Positions 12,820 through 24,560 of a stretch of DNA of 64,000 bases are shown piece after piece. This DNA comes from Chrysomallon squamiferum (taxonomy: Eukaryota; Animalia; Mollusca): positions 8,866,001 to 8,930,000 of the forward strand of contig CM022665.1 of NCBI GenBank assembly GCA_012295275.1, given 5' to 3'. How positions within the stretch are numbered: position 1 is the stretch's first letter; each line of letters begins with the position of its first letter. The position numbers were made by a program, and so were the translations under genes. A model generated the notes under the pieces. The model was not told the DNA's origin and made no database searches. It saw only the letters and a list, made by a program, of their open reading frames with translations.

Positions 12820-13330
12820 AAGGTGCCTCGTGCCACGCATCAGAAAACATGAAATTGGTTAAAACTTACAATTCCTTTCATCCACCGTAAAACGGATGCC
12901 GAAAATAAAAATAAAATTCCCAGTATCGCACATGTTGCAATTAAATATGTAATTCGCTTATTTCTTCGCATCCTTTCAAACTGAATGTAGTTTCATGGCT
13001 ATATGTGCATTCAACAAGTCATGGAAATACCGAAGTGTAACCGATTCCATCTGTCAAGTAACCCACTGATCTTTACATGTGTTCGAGTCGTTGTTTTTAT
13101 ACGAATAAAACCGAGACTTACCGATTAACTGACCTTTGGAACACTTGTGTTACAATTTAAATATCTGAGTAGGGGTTTTTCTACGAAAATATCCGATTTC
13201 TACCGATTGTTTGACCTTTGGAGCAAACTGGGGTTACTAACCATTGATGTACATGTCACCATGTGTTAAGGTTTTCGTACGAAAATATCCGAGATTTACC
13301 GATTGCCTGATTCCGTGTGTGTACTAATGA
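12820..13330. promoter_or_regulatory. CpG-enriched putative bidirectional promoter of the GALNT homolog (-) and SIAE (+), with a triplicated ~48-bp motif
   Basis: Local CpG enrichment against a CpG-poor background, between divergent genes. Motif copies at 13093-13140, 13175-13222 and 13271-13315. Minus-strand GTAAGT donors near 12787 and 12869 suggest first exons of the GALNT gene. Confidence 0.6.
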
Positions 13331-13599
13331 GAATTAGTATTTACTGTTACCTCGTGTAACAACTAACTATTGTTAATGATACTTTAACATATATTTGACT
13401 GGCATATTCATTAATCTGACACAAGCCAAATGTGCAGTCAAATCGAAAAGAATATTTAAACAGTGGTTCATTTTACCAGCTGACTGAACTCAACTTTTTA
13501 AGTGATTGCTTGAAGATTTAAAAATCTTAATTTGGAATAATTAATATCCTTTTACACTGACCATTTTTCCACTGGATTAGTTTTATCAATGTTCCAGAA

Positions 13600-16500
13600 A
13601 TGGGATGTTTAGTAAAATTATTTATTCTCGTTTTGTGCACAGCTGTCGCTACTGACAATGTTGTTCGTATGTCGCAGTCAAGTTTGTATGATATTACTTG
13701 GTGTAAGAGAATTATTTTTTACAATATAATTGCAAAAATCACATATTTACTTGTTTGTGTTTGTATGTGCGTTTTTTTTTTTTTTTTTTTTTTTAAATAA
13801 TGAGAGGATTGTCAGATTTTGTTATTTTAAAATTTTGTATTATTTATTTATTTATTTTATACTGATATAAAAACATTTATTAATATACAGTGAATATCAG
13901 TTGTACATGACAATTTATATGCAAAATAATGCATTTTTAATACTATGAACACAGGTTATGCAGTCAAATGTAATACAAATTTGTCTATTTGACCAATGAA
14001 CTTGCACACACACTGTAACTTAGACTATAGACTGGATCCTGATAAGAAGTAATGTTAATAATAAAAATATATTTAATAACAGTGAAAATAGATAACACAT
14101 TTATGATTAAGAATATTAGTAACAGCTAAATATTATGCATATATAATAGTAATTTTTTGTGTTGTAAAATCACTTCTTAGACCCAAATAAAATATAAATT
14201 AAATTACAGAATGTTGAAACTTTGATAGAATGTTGATAGTCAGCAATATCATCAGATACCATTAAACATTATAAAATGCATAAATATAATTTAAGATGTG
14301 CTTGCAAAAAAAGTAATTCTAAATGATAATCAGAAAATTATGTATACAATTATATTTAGCATCACTGAGAGAATAAAATTTTTATAAATGTAGCCTTTTT
14401 TTCTTCTTTTCTTTTAAATTTTAGGTAAAATTGGATATGAGTGTGATATGAAACTTCCCAGTAATTTTTCATTTGCTAGTTACTATGGTGACAATATGGT
14501 ATTGCAGAGAGCACCAAAGAAGGCTGTGGTCTGGGGTTACAGTCCTAAAACTGGTGACAAAATACATGTTGTATTTGATGATAAATTTGTCTCTGCTACC
14601 ACAGTCCATTTTGAACCTTCTTTGAATGTTGGAATCTGGAAAGTGAAACTGCCACCAGTTTCTGAACATGGACCTTTTACAATTGAATTTAAATCATCCC
14701 TTGGATCCATCTCACTTAAAAATGTCCTCTTTGGTGATGTTTGGATATGTTCAGGTCAATCAAATATGCAGTTCACAACCAGCCAGGTAATCATATTAAT
14801 TAATTAATTACCTGATGTCAGTAAAAGGAATGTGCCATAAAACTGTCAAGAAAAAATAAAGTAAAAAAAATGAATGAACAAAAATACAGTGGAGCATCTG
14901 CATCTCCACTTGGATCAGTATATAATTCTTCCTCCACACACACACATCCAAACTCACTCTCACATGCACACACACACAGACACACATGCATACATATTGA
15001 CATCAATATTGACACATAAAACCATATCCACACACACACACACACACATTCACATAAACACAAACATACACAAGCATAAATACGTACCTACGCATCCAAT
15101 GTATTCACATCTTTTTCACTTAGTTATATTTGTGTAATAAAAGAAAATATATACCTTTGTTTGTACTGCTTCTAAATCATATAACCAATATTGTGAAATG
15201 ATAATATTTAAATATGCTGTTTATAAAATAATTTCTTTTTAGGCTTTCAATGCCAAACAAGAAATACAAGATGCAAACAATTACCCTGACATTCGTTTGT
15301 TCACAGTTAGTGATGTTGCTTCTGATCATGAGCTGATAGATCTACCAAAAATCTTACAGCCTTGGTCTGTAGCTAGCAATGGTTAGAATTACACTACACA
15401 TTTACTAATTAATTCAGCACATGATAAATGAATTAATTTCTGAACAAACAAAAAAGCAAAAACAGTGTTGTTCCAAGAAGAAATTTCAACCAGTATTTTT
15501 CATGTATTTCAATAATCTTGTTGTTATATATTTCATTTAAAATGCATTGGAAGTAAGAAGTTCTTAGGTGGCATTGTGTTCAGTAATTCTATTTACATTT
15601 TATAGTTTCCTTTATTCCTTTATTTTTTATTATTTATTTATTTATTTATTTATTCATTTATTTATTTATTTATTTATTATTTAAAAAAAAAAAAAATATA
15701 TATATATATTTTCTGTGATCCTTACTCATAGCAGACTTGTATATTTTTTTATTGAAAATTTGTTATTATTTTTATTATTAGTTGTAGTAGTTGTAGTAGT
15801 TGTAGTAATATTTTATAATTTAAAAAAAAAAGTAAAATGGAGAATGTTGATGACTGGTTGAAAAACTGACACTGTATTGTTTTCAAGAGTAATGTTACTG
15901 ATATTTTCTGAAGAAATGTTTATTAACAAAAAAAAACCAAAACAATAAAAATGATAATGATAATAGACCTATTCTAATCAGAATGTAACTTCTGGAAATG
16001 AAGAGAGTTACTATACAAACTACCACTAATACCAATTCGTAAAATGGCCTTTGTTTAAGAATTTTTATGTATAAACTAATTTAAATTCATAACTATCTAA
16101 ATTAATATAAAATCAGATTAAACATTAGCATAACGTCTTAAGACACCTATCATTGTTAAGAAATATCAAACACAAAATGTTTCTTATATTTTAATTTACT
16201 TCAAAGCTTTGTTAATACTGTTAACATTAATAGGTTTCAGTGGAAATATTTTTGTTCCAGAATCTGTTGGTGGGCCACCATGGAAGTACTTTTCTGCTGT
16301 TTGTTGGTTTTATGGGAAGAATCTTTACAAAACGTTAGGTTATCCAATTGGTCTCATTGCTACATCATGGGGAGGAACACCAATAGAAGTATGGACATCC
16401 AAAGAAGTACTGAAGTTTTGTGGCATAGAGGATCAAGATCTGGAAATTAAGTAAGAGAGATATAAGGGTTTTTTAGTAATAACACAAAATATTCAGGGAT

Positions 16501-19096
16501 GTCTAATGAATGACATTTTTGCATGAAGTTGGAAATGGGGCTGTATGTAAGGGTATTTTTTCATTGTTGTATATTTGTTGAGAATATTGTTTAAAAAATG
16601 TTATATGTCCTTGTTTAAGTATTGGTAGTTTTAAAAAAAACAAAATTATATATATATATATATATATTTGTGTATTTTATTAGTGTTAAAGGTTTCCAGA
16701 GACCAGATGAGAATGTAGCCTTAAGCAAATCAGCATTATGGAATTCCATGATTCATCCATTTCTCAACATGACCATATATGGAGCTATCTGGTATCAAGG
16801 TCTTCAAGTTTATTATTATATGTTTATTTTAATATATAAATCAGATCAAATGGTATTGATACCATCTCAAACAATAAATGATGATTTGTTACAACTATTA
16901 TTATATGTTTATAAATGTAGGATATTGGAAATATTTAGTACTTTATACTTAAATCAGTTCCATGTATTTTTAAATTAAATCATCATGAATTTCAGATTTT
17001 ATTAAGTGCAGTATTTAAACATCAGTGTCTGAAAATGTACAAGATATTTTGAACAAGAACTTTGAATGGATCATCTGGAGATTATTTAATTGAAGTTTGA
17101 TCATTTTAGGAGAATCAAACACAGGAGGACATTACACCAGTGTGTATAACTGCACATTTCCTGCTATGATAAAAGACTGGAGAAACAAATTTAATCTTGG
17201 TTCACTTGGAGAAACAGATCCTGTGTTTCCATTTGGCTTTGTTCAGGTATTGTTCATCTTCAGAATAGAGTACTTTTGTTATATGTATGTGCATTAATTT
17301 AGATTCAGTTCCAAAGACAGTATAATCAGTTTATTAATCTGAAATGCAGATGTATATGTTAGTTTTTAGATCTGTAAAAGCTTTCTCTAGTCTAACTTAC
17401 ATAAGTCAAACAAATGAAAATATTGACAGAACTATAAGCTTCAGCATGTAATTTGAAAGTACTTAATTTTAAAACTGGTTGTTTGTAAACAGTCTATTTT
17501 ACAAAAAGAAAAAACTTACTTAATTTTCACCTAAAGACATTTTGTTGTGGAAAACATTTTCTTTCTGAATTAATTTGATTGAAAATGATAACTTCCAATG
17601 TGTATCTATTTATTTTGACATTTAGTGTCTTTCTTTCTGAAAAAAATAATAAACCATTTTTTAAAAATACAGCTGGCACCTTTCAAAGCGGACCAGACAC
17701 TAAAAGAAGGATATCCAGATATTCGATGGCATCAGACTGCTGATTATGGATATGTACCAAATGAACAAATGCCAAATGTTTTTATGGCAGTTGCTGTCGA
17801 TTTACCTGATTTTACAAGTCCTTATACACCGTATGTAATAACAGCTTCAATAAATCCTTTCTATATCTGATTGTTTCCAGAACACAGTTATATCACAGTA
17901 AATATTAGCATAATCACTTTCAAGTGTGTCAGCTGCTGATGTATTGTAACAGTTTTGTCATTTGGTTTATCAAAATGTTCTATAGTTGTAGGTAGATAAA
18001 CAAAGAAAATATATTATCATTTCCCAATTATAATTACGTGATTGGTACAAAAGTAAGTAGGCTATGATTCATGACAGTTTAATACAAAGGATTTCATTTT
18101 AGTACATACAAATTATATTTTTAAATGTATTTTATGAATCGGATTTCAGAGAACCATTTCATTATTCATACATATTTAAGTTATTAATTTTTTAGTTTTA
18201 TTTATACCAATTTCAGAATTCATCCTCGAGATAAAGAAGATGCAACTTATCGTTTAACTCTGAGTGGGCTTGCTGTGGCATACAAACGTTCAGTTCATAA
18301 GTACCAGGGTCCTCTCCCTTCTTCAATTTATTTCTACTTCCCTGACAAAAACATCACACTCAACTATAAAGGATTTAACTTACAATTACACAATGTGGAA
18401 GGTTTTGAGGTCAGTTTAAATATAACATTTATGTGGAAGGTTTTGAGGTCAGTTTAAATATAACATTCATGTGAAGGGGTTGTAATTGGTGTTTAGAAAA
18501 GGCATATATATTTGAATAGATCTGGATTATTTAAGGAAAAAAAAAAAAAAAAATTAAATATTAGAAAAAGAGAATGGATGAAGTAAATAATAAAAATTGT
18601 AGCACGCACTACAATTATTGTTGATAAATTTTATCTATATATAATTTAAATTTATGAAGAAAAAAACAACAACAGTAGAAAAAGATAATTTAATGCAAAG
18701 ATGTCTGTATGTTTAACACTGAAGAAAATGACTGAAACTTTTTTCTTCAATATTTTAATTTTTCAGCTCTGTTGTTCAATTGGAAACAGCAATCATGTCT
18801 GCAACTCAAAACATGCTTGGTGGGTTACAACACCAATAATAGGATTAAATTCTTCTTCCGTTTCTCTTTACATGGGAGTGTGCGACTATGGACAACGAAT
18901 TCTTGGAATCAGATATCTGTGGCGTGAAACTCCATGTCCATTTAAAAGATGCGCAGTTTACTCAGAGGAAGGTTTGCCTGCTCCACCATTTCTTTGGTAC
19001 AGATACAATTATGATTTTCTAAGTGGTAATGAAAAAGACAGTGAAATGACTACAGTTTATAATGTCAATTGGAATACACCAGTAGGTCACCTTTAA
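13600..19096 (+). CDS. SIAE: Sialate O-acetylesterase (SGNH/SASA family), secretory/lysosomal
   Basis: 9 phase-consistent exons: 13600-13666, 14425-14786, 15243-15381, 16261-16450, 16684-16799, 17110-17246, 17673-17830, 18217-18409, 18767-19096 (563 aa). Signal peptide; YGDNMVLQR, GDVWICSGQSNM (catalytic Ser), FSAVCWFYG, SWGGTPIEVW, IWYQGESN, VDLPD...IHPRDK, GLPAPPF. Confidence 0.95.
18393..18481 (+). repeat. 38-bp tandem duplication spanning the SIAE exon 8 splice donor
   Basis: ATGTGGAAGGTTTTGAG|GTCAGTTTAAATATAACATT(T/C) at 18393-18430 and 18431-18468, plus a partial third copy. Confidence 0.9.
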
Positions 19097-21002
19097 AATT
19101 TTATTTAAATTGTCCAGGTTTTCAAGCCCACAATAAATCTAATGTTCATGGGTTGTTTAAAATAATGTGAAAAAAAAACAAAAAAACCTATAATAATGAT
19201 AATAATATGATAAATGAAAAATTAATGCTATTCATCAGAACAGTGATTATATATCTTTTTTAAAAACATGAAATGTTTTTAAGATGTATTGAAATAAAAC
19301 CATATAGCTGTTGCCATTTCATTTTATTTGTTACATTTATCAAAGGTTTAGAACTTTTGGCAAACATTAATATGGTACCTTATTAGGTTTTAAATTTTTG
19401 TTGAATTGTCTAAAACCAAAGAAACAACTGTGCATAAGACTGGACATTTGAACCTACAGATAGCAATCAGTCAAAATCTACTATAAAAACCATTTTTTTT
19501 CTTCTAGTTTTGTTTTTATCTGAAAATGTGTAATGTATACATTAATTACCATTTTGCTATTAATGCTTTTTCTGTATTTTAGCAGGAATTTTGATTAAAA
19601 CTTTTATTTAACTGTTGGAAATTACATTACAACAGGCATTTATTACAGGAAAAAAATATTGTTTTGTATCATCTTTTGTACCATATTTTATATACTGTAT
19701 ATCAATGTTACATAATAAACATAAAATTCATGTATTTTTTACTGCAAATATTTAGAACTTGTTTATTTGTAACACATTTTGAGAGATTCTCTGAACCATT
19801 TAAAGGCTAGTAACATTTGATTAAATTCTAGATTAAGTGTTTTTCTTTTGTACATTTTTCTAAATATTTGATACTAAATAAAATATACACATCAAACATA
19901 ACTGTGTTCTTCTTTTTAGATGCTTCACATTATTTATGGCCTGTAGATAATGAATATTAACTAAACATCAACAAATGAATGAATTGTTCATCATTTCCAC
20001 ATTCAGTATTAATTATTAACTGTCAAATATAATTCTTTTCAAGATAATTCAGTAATTCTTGCTAGTTAAGGACAGGAAAGATATACAACCTTTTACAAAT
20101 CTAGTTAAACACTCTACCACCACTTTTGGAATTACACCTCAAATAATAAGATGTCTTTATGCGCACCTTTCACAGATGTGAAAATATTTAAAGATATTTG
20201 TACCTCAATGGTTAGAATACTGTGTCAGATGTATTTATTTGCAAGATCACTCTTCTCAATGCTTTTACTAAGCCATTTTTTATTCATCAGCCAGTGTCCT
20301 GCAAATGATTTACCAAATGTTATAACATGTAATTTCAAATCTATAGGAAATTAAAATATCTGTTGCTATTAACTGAAAGAATATACCATTACACAGCCTC
20401 TTATCTGCCAATGCTATGATGTGTGATGTCCTATACAGACACACATGCTCACATACACACATACATACAGACACAAATAGAGTTTAAAATCAGCTGTGTG
20501 TATCTTAACCAAAACTTTTTTCCCCTGCTGAAAATGTTAAAAAGGGTCAAATAAATAAAAACAAAACGTGTTAGGCAATGTCATATGAATCATTTTAATA
20601 CATCAATCTGTCTTTCAAATCCTATATCCTGTTAGTAAATGAACTATCAAAAGACTAAAGATCCACAGACCATTCACATCTATTAGATATGTTAAAAAAA
20701 GTTTTTTTAGTGTGGATACACATGAAAACAATATTCATGAAGATCTTTTATGGAACCACTCTTAAGTACACAAATAATATATTTTAAAAAAAAGTCTTGT
20801 TTCATGCTGAAGGTGTTGTGATGTAAAACAAGATTTTACAATTATTATGCACAAAATTAAAGAGACAGATCTTTTTACTTCTTTTTTGTCTTAAAATTGA
20901 CACTTTAAATGGTTTTGAAGATGATTATGGTAAAAAATATAAAAGAGACCTTAAGTTACTACTAATATAGACAAATTATCTATTTCAAATTTTGTTTTCC
21001 TT

Positions 21003-22366
21003 TTAAAATAAATTTTTTCTTTCTGCCTTTGTGTATCTGATCTTTTTAAGAGCTTTTCTTCGCCATGTTCTCAATTCATGATCTGGATTTGGAAGTTCAC
21101 CAAATATACATGGTCCTTTTGTACATGGACGTTCAAATTCAACATCATCTCTAAAGATGCTTGGTTTAATAACATCTACATCTCTTTTCAACTCATCTTC
21201 AATTGCTCCTATTGAATTTGTTGTACCATCAAATTTGATGAGAATGTAGCTGTAAATAAGAAAAGTAATATTTGAACATTTCCATCTGAAAATAACAACC
21301 AAATTTGATTAGAAGAAAACTGCAAATAAAAAGTCATATTTGAACACAACCATGAGTTTGATGAGAATGGAGCAGAAAATAATGAAAATAATATCAGAAC
21401 ACATCTGCTTATACTGAAGTGTACTTTGATATAAACAAATAGGTTTAAATTACTTTATCTGTATTTATATGTGAATGCTTCATACAGTTCACCAGACTTT
21501 GCTCATAACAATGTATGTTACAAAATATTATATTAATGGTATGTAGTGTACTTTTATTTACCAATATATTTAATGTTTAAAATGCAGTTTTGATAATAGA
21601 TATACTAACTTTCCTTCAGCATTCTTTGATCCATGTGAAACCATTTTATAAGGTAATGTCTTCAGTCCCAAATTTTCCATTTTCTGTATGATTCCACCTC
21701 TTGTTATGATGTTCTCACATGATCTGCGGATTGTTTGTGCAAGTTCTGGCTGTAATGAAAAAAGGGTACTACCATTACCAAAACATCTAATTTACTTTTA
21801 CCAATTACCTGCAGTAATAACAACAACAATAATAATCATTAAGAACAAACATTTAAAAGCAGGTGCAAAAATAGTACTTTAAATTATAATCCATTCTAAC
21901 CAAATAATTACATATAAAATTAATGAAGAAATATATTTCCTGTTATGCTAATGACTTAGTGAAGTCAGTCATTTAGTAGTGATTTACTAAATTACTAATC
22001 TCCGTATTTATTTCAAATCAGTAATCATGTAATGGTCGCAGAATAAAAATAAAGTGAATTATAAACATTTTAAAATTCTAATATGCTTTTTTCATTCTTC
22101 TTCTTTACTGACATCAAATAAAAGGTTAATATTTTGATTTTTCAGTTTATTTTTTGATGGTCATGGCGGTGTGAATGTGACTCGTTTACAAAATCAAGGT
22201 TAGAAAACAATAGTTCTGTTTGCACAGCAGACAGCTATTCTTGCATCAATATTATAAATTTCAGAATAACAGTCTAAGTGTGTCGAGTACAAATATTCTT
22301 TAAAAATTAAAATATACTTGCCCTCTGCAGGGCCTTAATAATCAAAGCGAGTTCATAGCTCGGCAT
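21003..22366 (-). CDS. MRPS6: Mitochondrial ribosomal protein S6 (bS6m)
   Basis: Exons 22322-22366 (MPSYELALIIKALQR, GC donor), 21610-21749 (PELAQTIRR...GGIIQKMENLGLKTLPYK) and 21003-21249 (YILIKFD...IEDELKRDVDVIKP); 143 aa. Confidence 0.93.
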
Positions 22367-22608
22367 TTTCCCCCAGCACGCGGATTTTCCGGTGTAATAA
22401 TCACAGAGAATACCGTAATATAAAGGTACATATCCTTCATGATAATACTACAACAGATGTAAGAACCTTAATATCAAAACAAAAGGTAACGATAATGAAT
22501 TACATGACTGATAATGTCATATTTGTGTTCACTTATTATTTGTCTATTTATTTATTGTTTTTAAACATCAGCTTTCAATTTCTATAAAGTAAAGGCTATG
22601 GTCTAAGT

Positions 22609-24171
22609 CAGTGATTCCCAACGTGGGGCCTACGCCCCACTGGGGGGCAATTCAATAATAATAGGGGGGCAATATGAAAAATATAGTAATATCAACATTT
22701 TATTTTATTTTACCCTATATGGGTAAAAATTATAAATGTATAGGGTAAAATTGTAATTACAACCTAGCTGAGCACAACAGCTTGTGCAGTCTAGTCAAGT
22801 GTTCACCCACTAATGTTATGCATCTGGCACCAGCTATATGTGTGGCTTCTAACTTGTTTAAGAAGGAGAGTTTTAGTCAGCTGCTCAACGCTCCCACTGA
22901 AGCTAAAAAACAGAGTGATGATGGGCAAGAAAAATGGAGTTTTAAAATTATTGAAAGACGACAATCCCCAAATGTTGTTAGTGCATTGTGTTATTCATAG
23001 ACAGAATTTAGTTTCCAAAAAAGTTTCCCCTGTTCTAAACGAGACATTGAATGCAGTTATAAAATGCATCAACACTATAAAAGCTAATGCCAAATGTGAG
23101 CGTCTTTTCAAACAATTTTGCAAGGATCAAAATGCAGACTATGTAAGATTATTACTTCATACTGATGTATGGTGATTATCAAAGGGGAATTGCCTGAAAA
23201 GATTCATGGAATTATTTGATATTCGTAGTGAGTTCTTGGATGACAAACCTTATATGACTCTGTTACTGACAGTTGATGGTAAAACACTTGTCAGTTATTT
23301 AGCAGATATATTTGAAAAACTCAATGTCTTAAAATAAAGGAACAAATATGACTCTTGTTAATTCAAAGGCCAAGATATTTGCTTTATATCATTTCTGGAA
23401 TTATCCCAAGAAAATATTTTGTCAAAAATTTTTAACAATTTTATTGGCTGAATAAATGTGTGGTAACAGATGCTACTTGTCTTGTTATTGTGGAGCACTT
23501 AAAAATAATGGTAAGCGATTTCAACTTCAGATTTTCTGATTTGAAAGAAATTAATTATCCATCTTGGATGACTCAGCCATTGCTAGTGGATCTGTTAGAT
23601 GTAACCATGGAGTATCAAGGAGAACTTTCAGAATTACAAAATGATGACTCGATTAAAGCCCTGTTCAAAATAAAAGGAACAATGATGTGGCTCTGTGAAG
23701 AAACACAAGCTAAATATCCAAATACAAGTAGTTTGACAAGAAAACTACTGTTACCATTCCCATCGTCATACTTAGTGGAAAGTGGATTTAGTGCTGTGAA
23801 TGACTTATTACTGAAGAAAAGAAACCGACTGGATATCACCAAACGAGGCGACTTGAGATTGAAATTAACAAAATTTCTGCCTCGGATAAAATCTCTTTGC
23901 AGTAGACGTCAGGCTCAAGGGTCCCATTAATTGATTGTAATTGAATTTATTTAATCTGATGGTAGATATGTTATACACATTTTAAAATGGATTTTATTTG
24001 ATTAAATTTGAAGTTAAACCCTTTAGTTTTATTTGAAAGATACAATTTTTTATGTTATGCTTCTTCAAAACTGATATTGTTATATCATATTAAACAATTA
24101 ACGGGTGGGGGACATGAAGAAATTTGTGATAAAAAAGTGGGGCATGGTACTAAAATGGTTGGGAACCACTG
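22609..24171 (+). mobile_element. Internally deleted hAT (Buster/Charlie-type) DNA transposon
   Basis: TIRs CAGTGATTCCCAAC (22609-22622) and GTTGGGAACCACTG (24158-24171), one mismatch. Perfect 8-bp TSD GTCTAAGT (22601-22608, 24172-24179) with central TA, the Buster-type NNNTANNN pattern. Confidence 0.95.
22915..23930 (+). pseudogene. Disrupted hAT/Buster transposase remnant (ZBED8/SCAND3/GTF2IRD2-like C-terminal half)
   Basis: MMGKKNGVL, CxxH (VHCVIHRQNL), HTDVW*LSKG (canonical HTEVRWLS), catalytic-Glu motif PSSYLVESGFS, RNRL..RGDLRLKLT and terminal QAQGSH. There is a premature stop at 23173-23175 and frameshifts around 23330-23450. The N-terminal half is missing. Confidence 0.9.
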
Positions 24172-24560
24172 GTCTAAGTGTTCACTTTCACACCAATAAC
24201 AGACAGATGGATTCTTTAGTTTAATTTTTGTTTGTTTGAGGGTTATTATTAATATTTATATTAATATTAATATTATTAATGTTCTTTTAGATAATCATAT
24301 AGTGCTAGTGCAATTTCCTTCTATAGAAATGGAGTTTTAGCAAAGTATTTCTACAAACAAAAATAGAATAAAATAATTTAAATAAATAATAATAACAAAT
24401 AATAAATATAACAAAATTAAATAGTATATAATAGTATATAAAAGAAAAGAATATTAACTTGTTTTGCTATTCTTTTTTCTCGAGCATCCATTTGGGTTTA
24501 TTTTATAAACGGAACATTTATGGTTTACACCAGTTTTACTTCCTGTGTCCTTGCAGAAAA

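Noticed and set aside
13093-13315. CRISPR-like repeat-spacer appearance
   Set aside because: Only three degenerate, non-palindromic copies, in a eukaryotic context with no cas genes.
14818-15137. His/Thr-rich and Cys/Val-rich ORFs
   Set aside because: These are translations of a decayed (CA)n tract inside SIAE intron 2.
23173-23175. In-frame TGA as selenocysteine or readthrough
   Set aside because: It aligns with the conserved Trp (TGG>TGA) of the RWLS motif in an already disrupted transposase.
22782-23930. Domesticated ZBED8/SCAND3-like host gene
   Set aside because: A premature stop, frameshifts, an internal deletion and flanking TIR/TSD show it is a decaying transposon.
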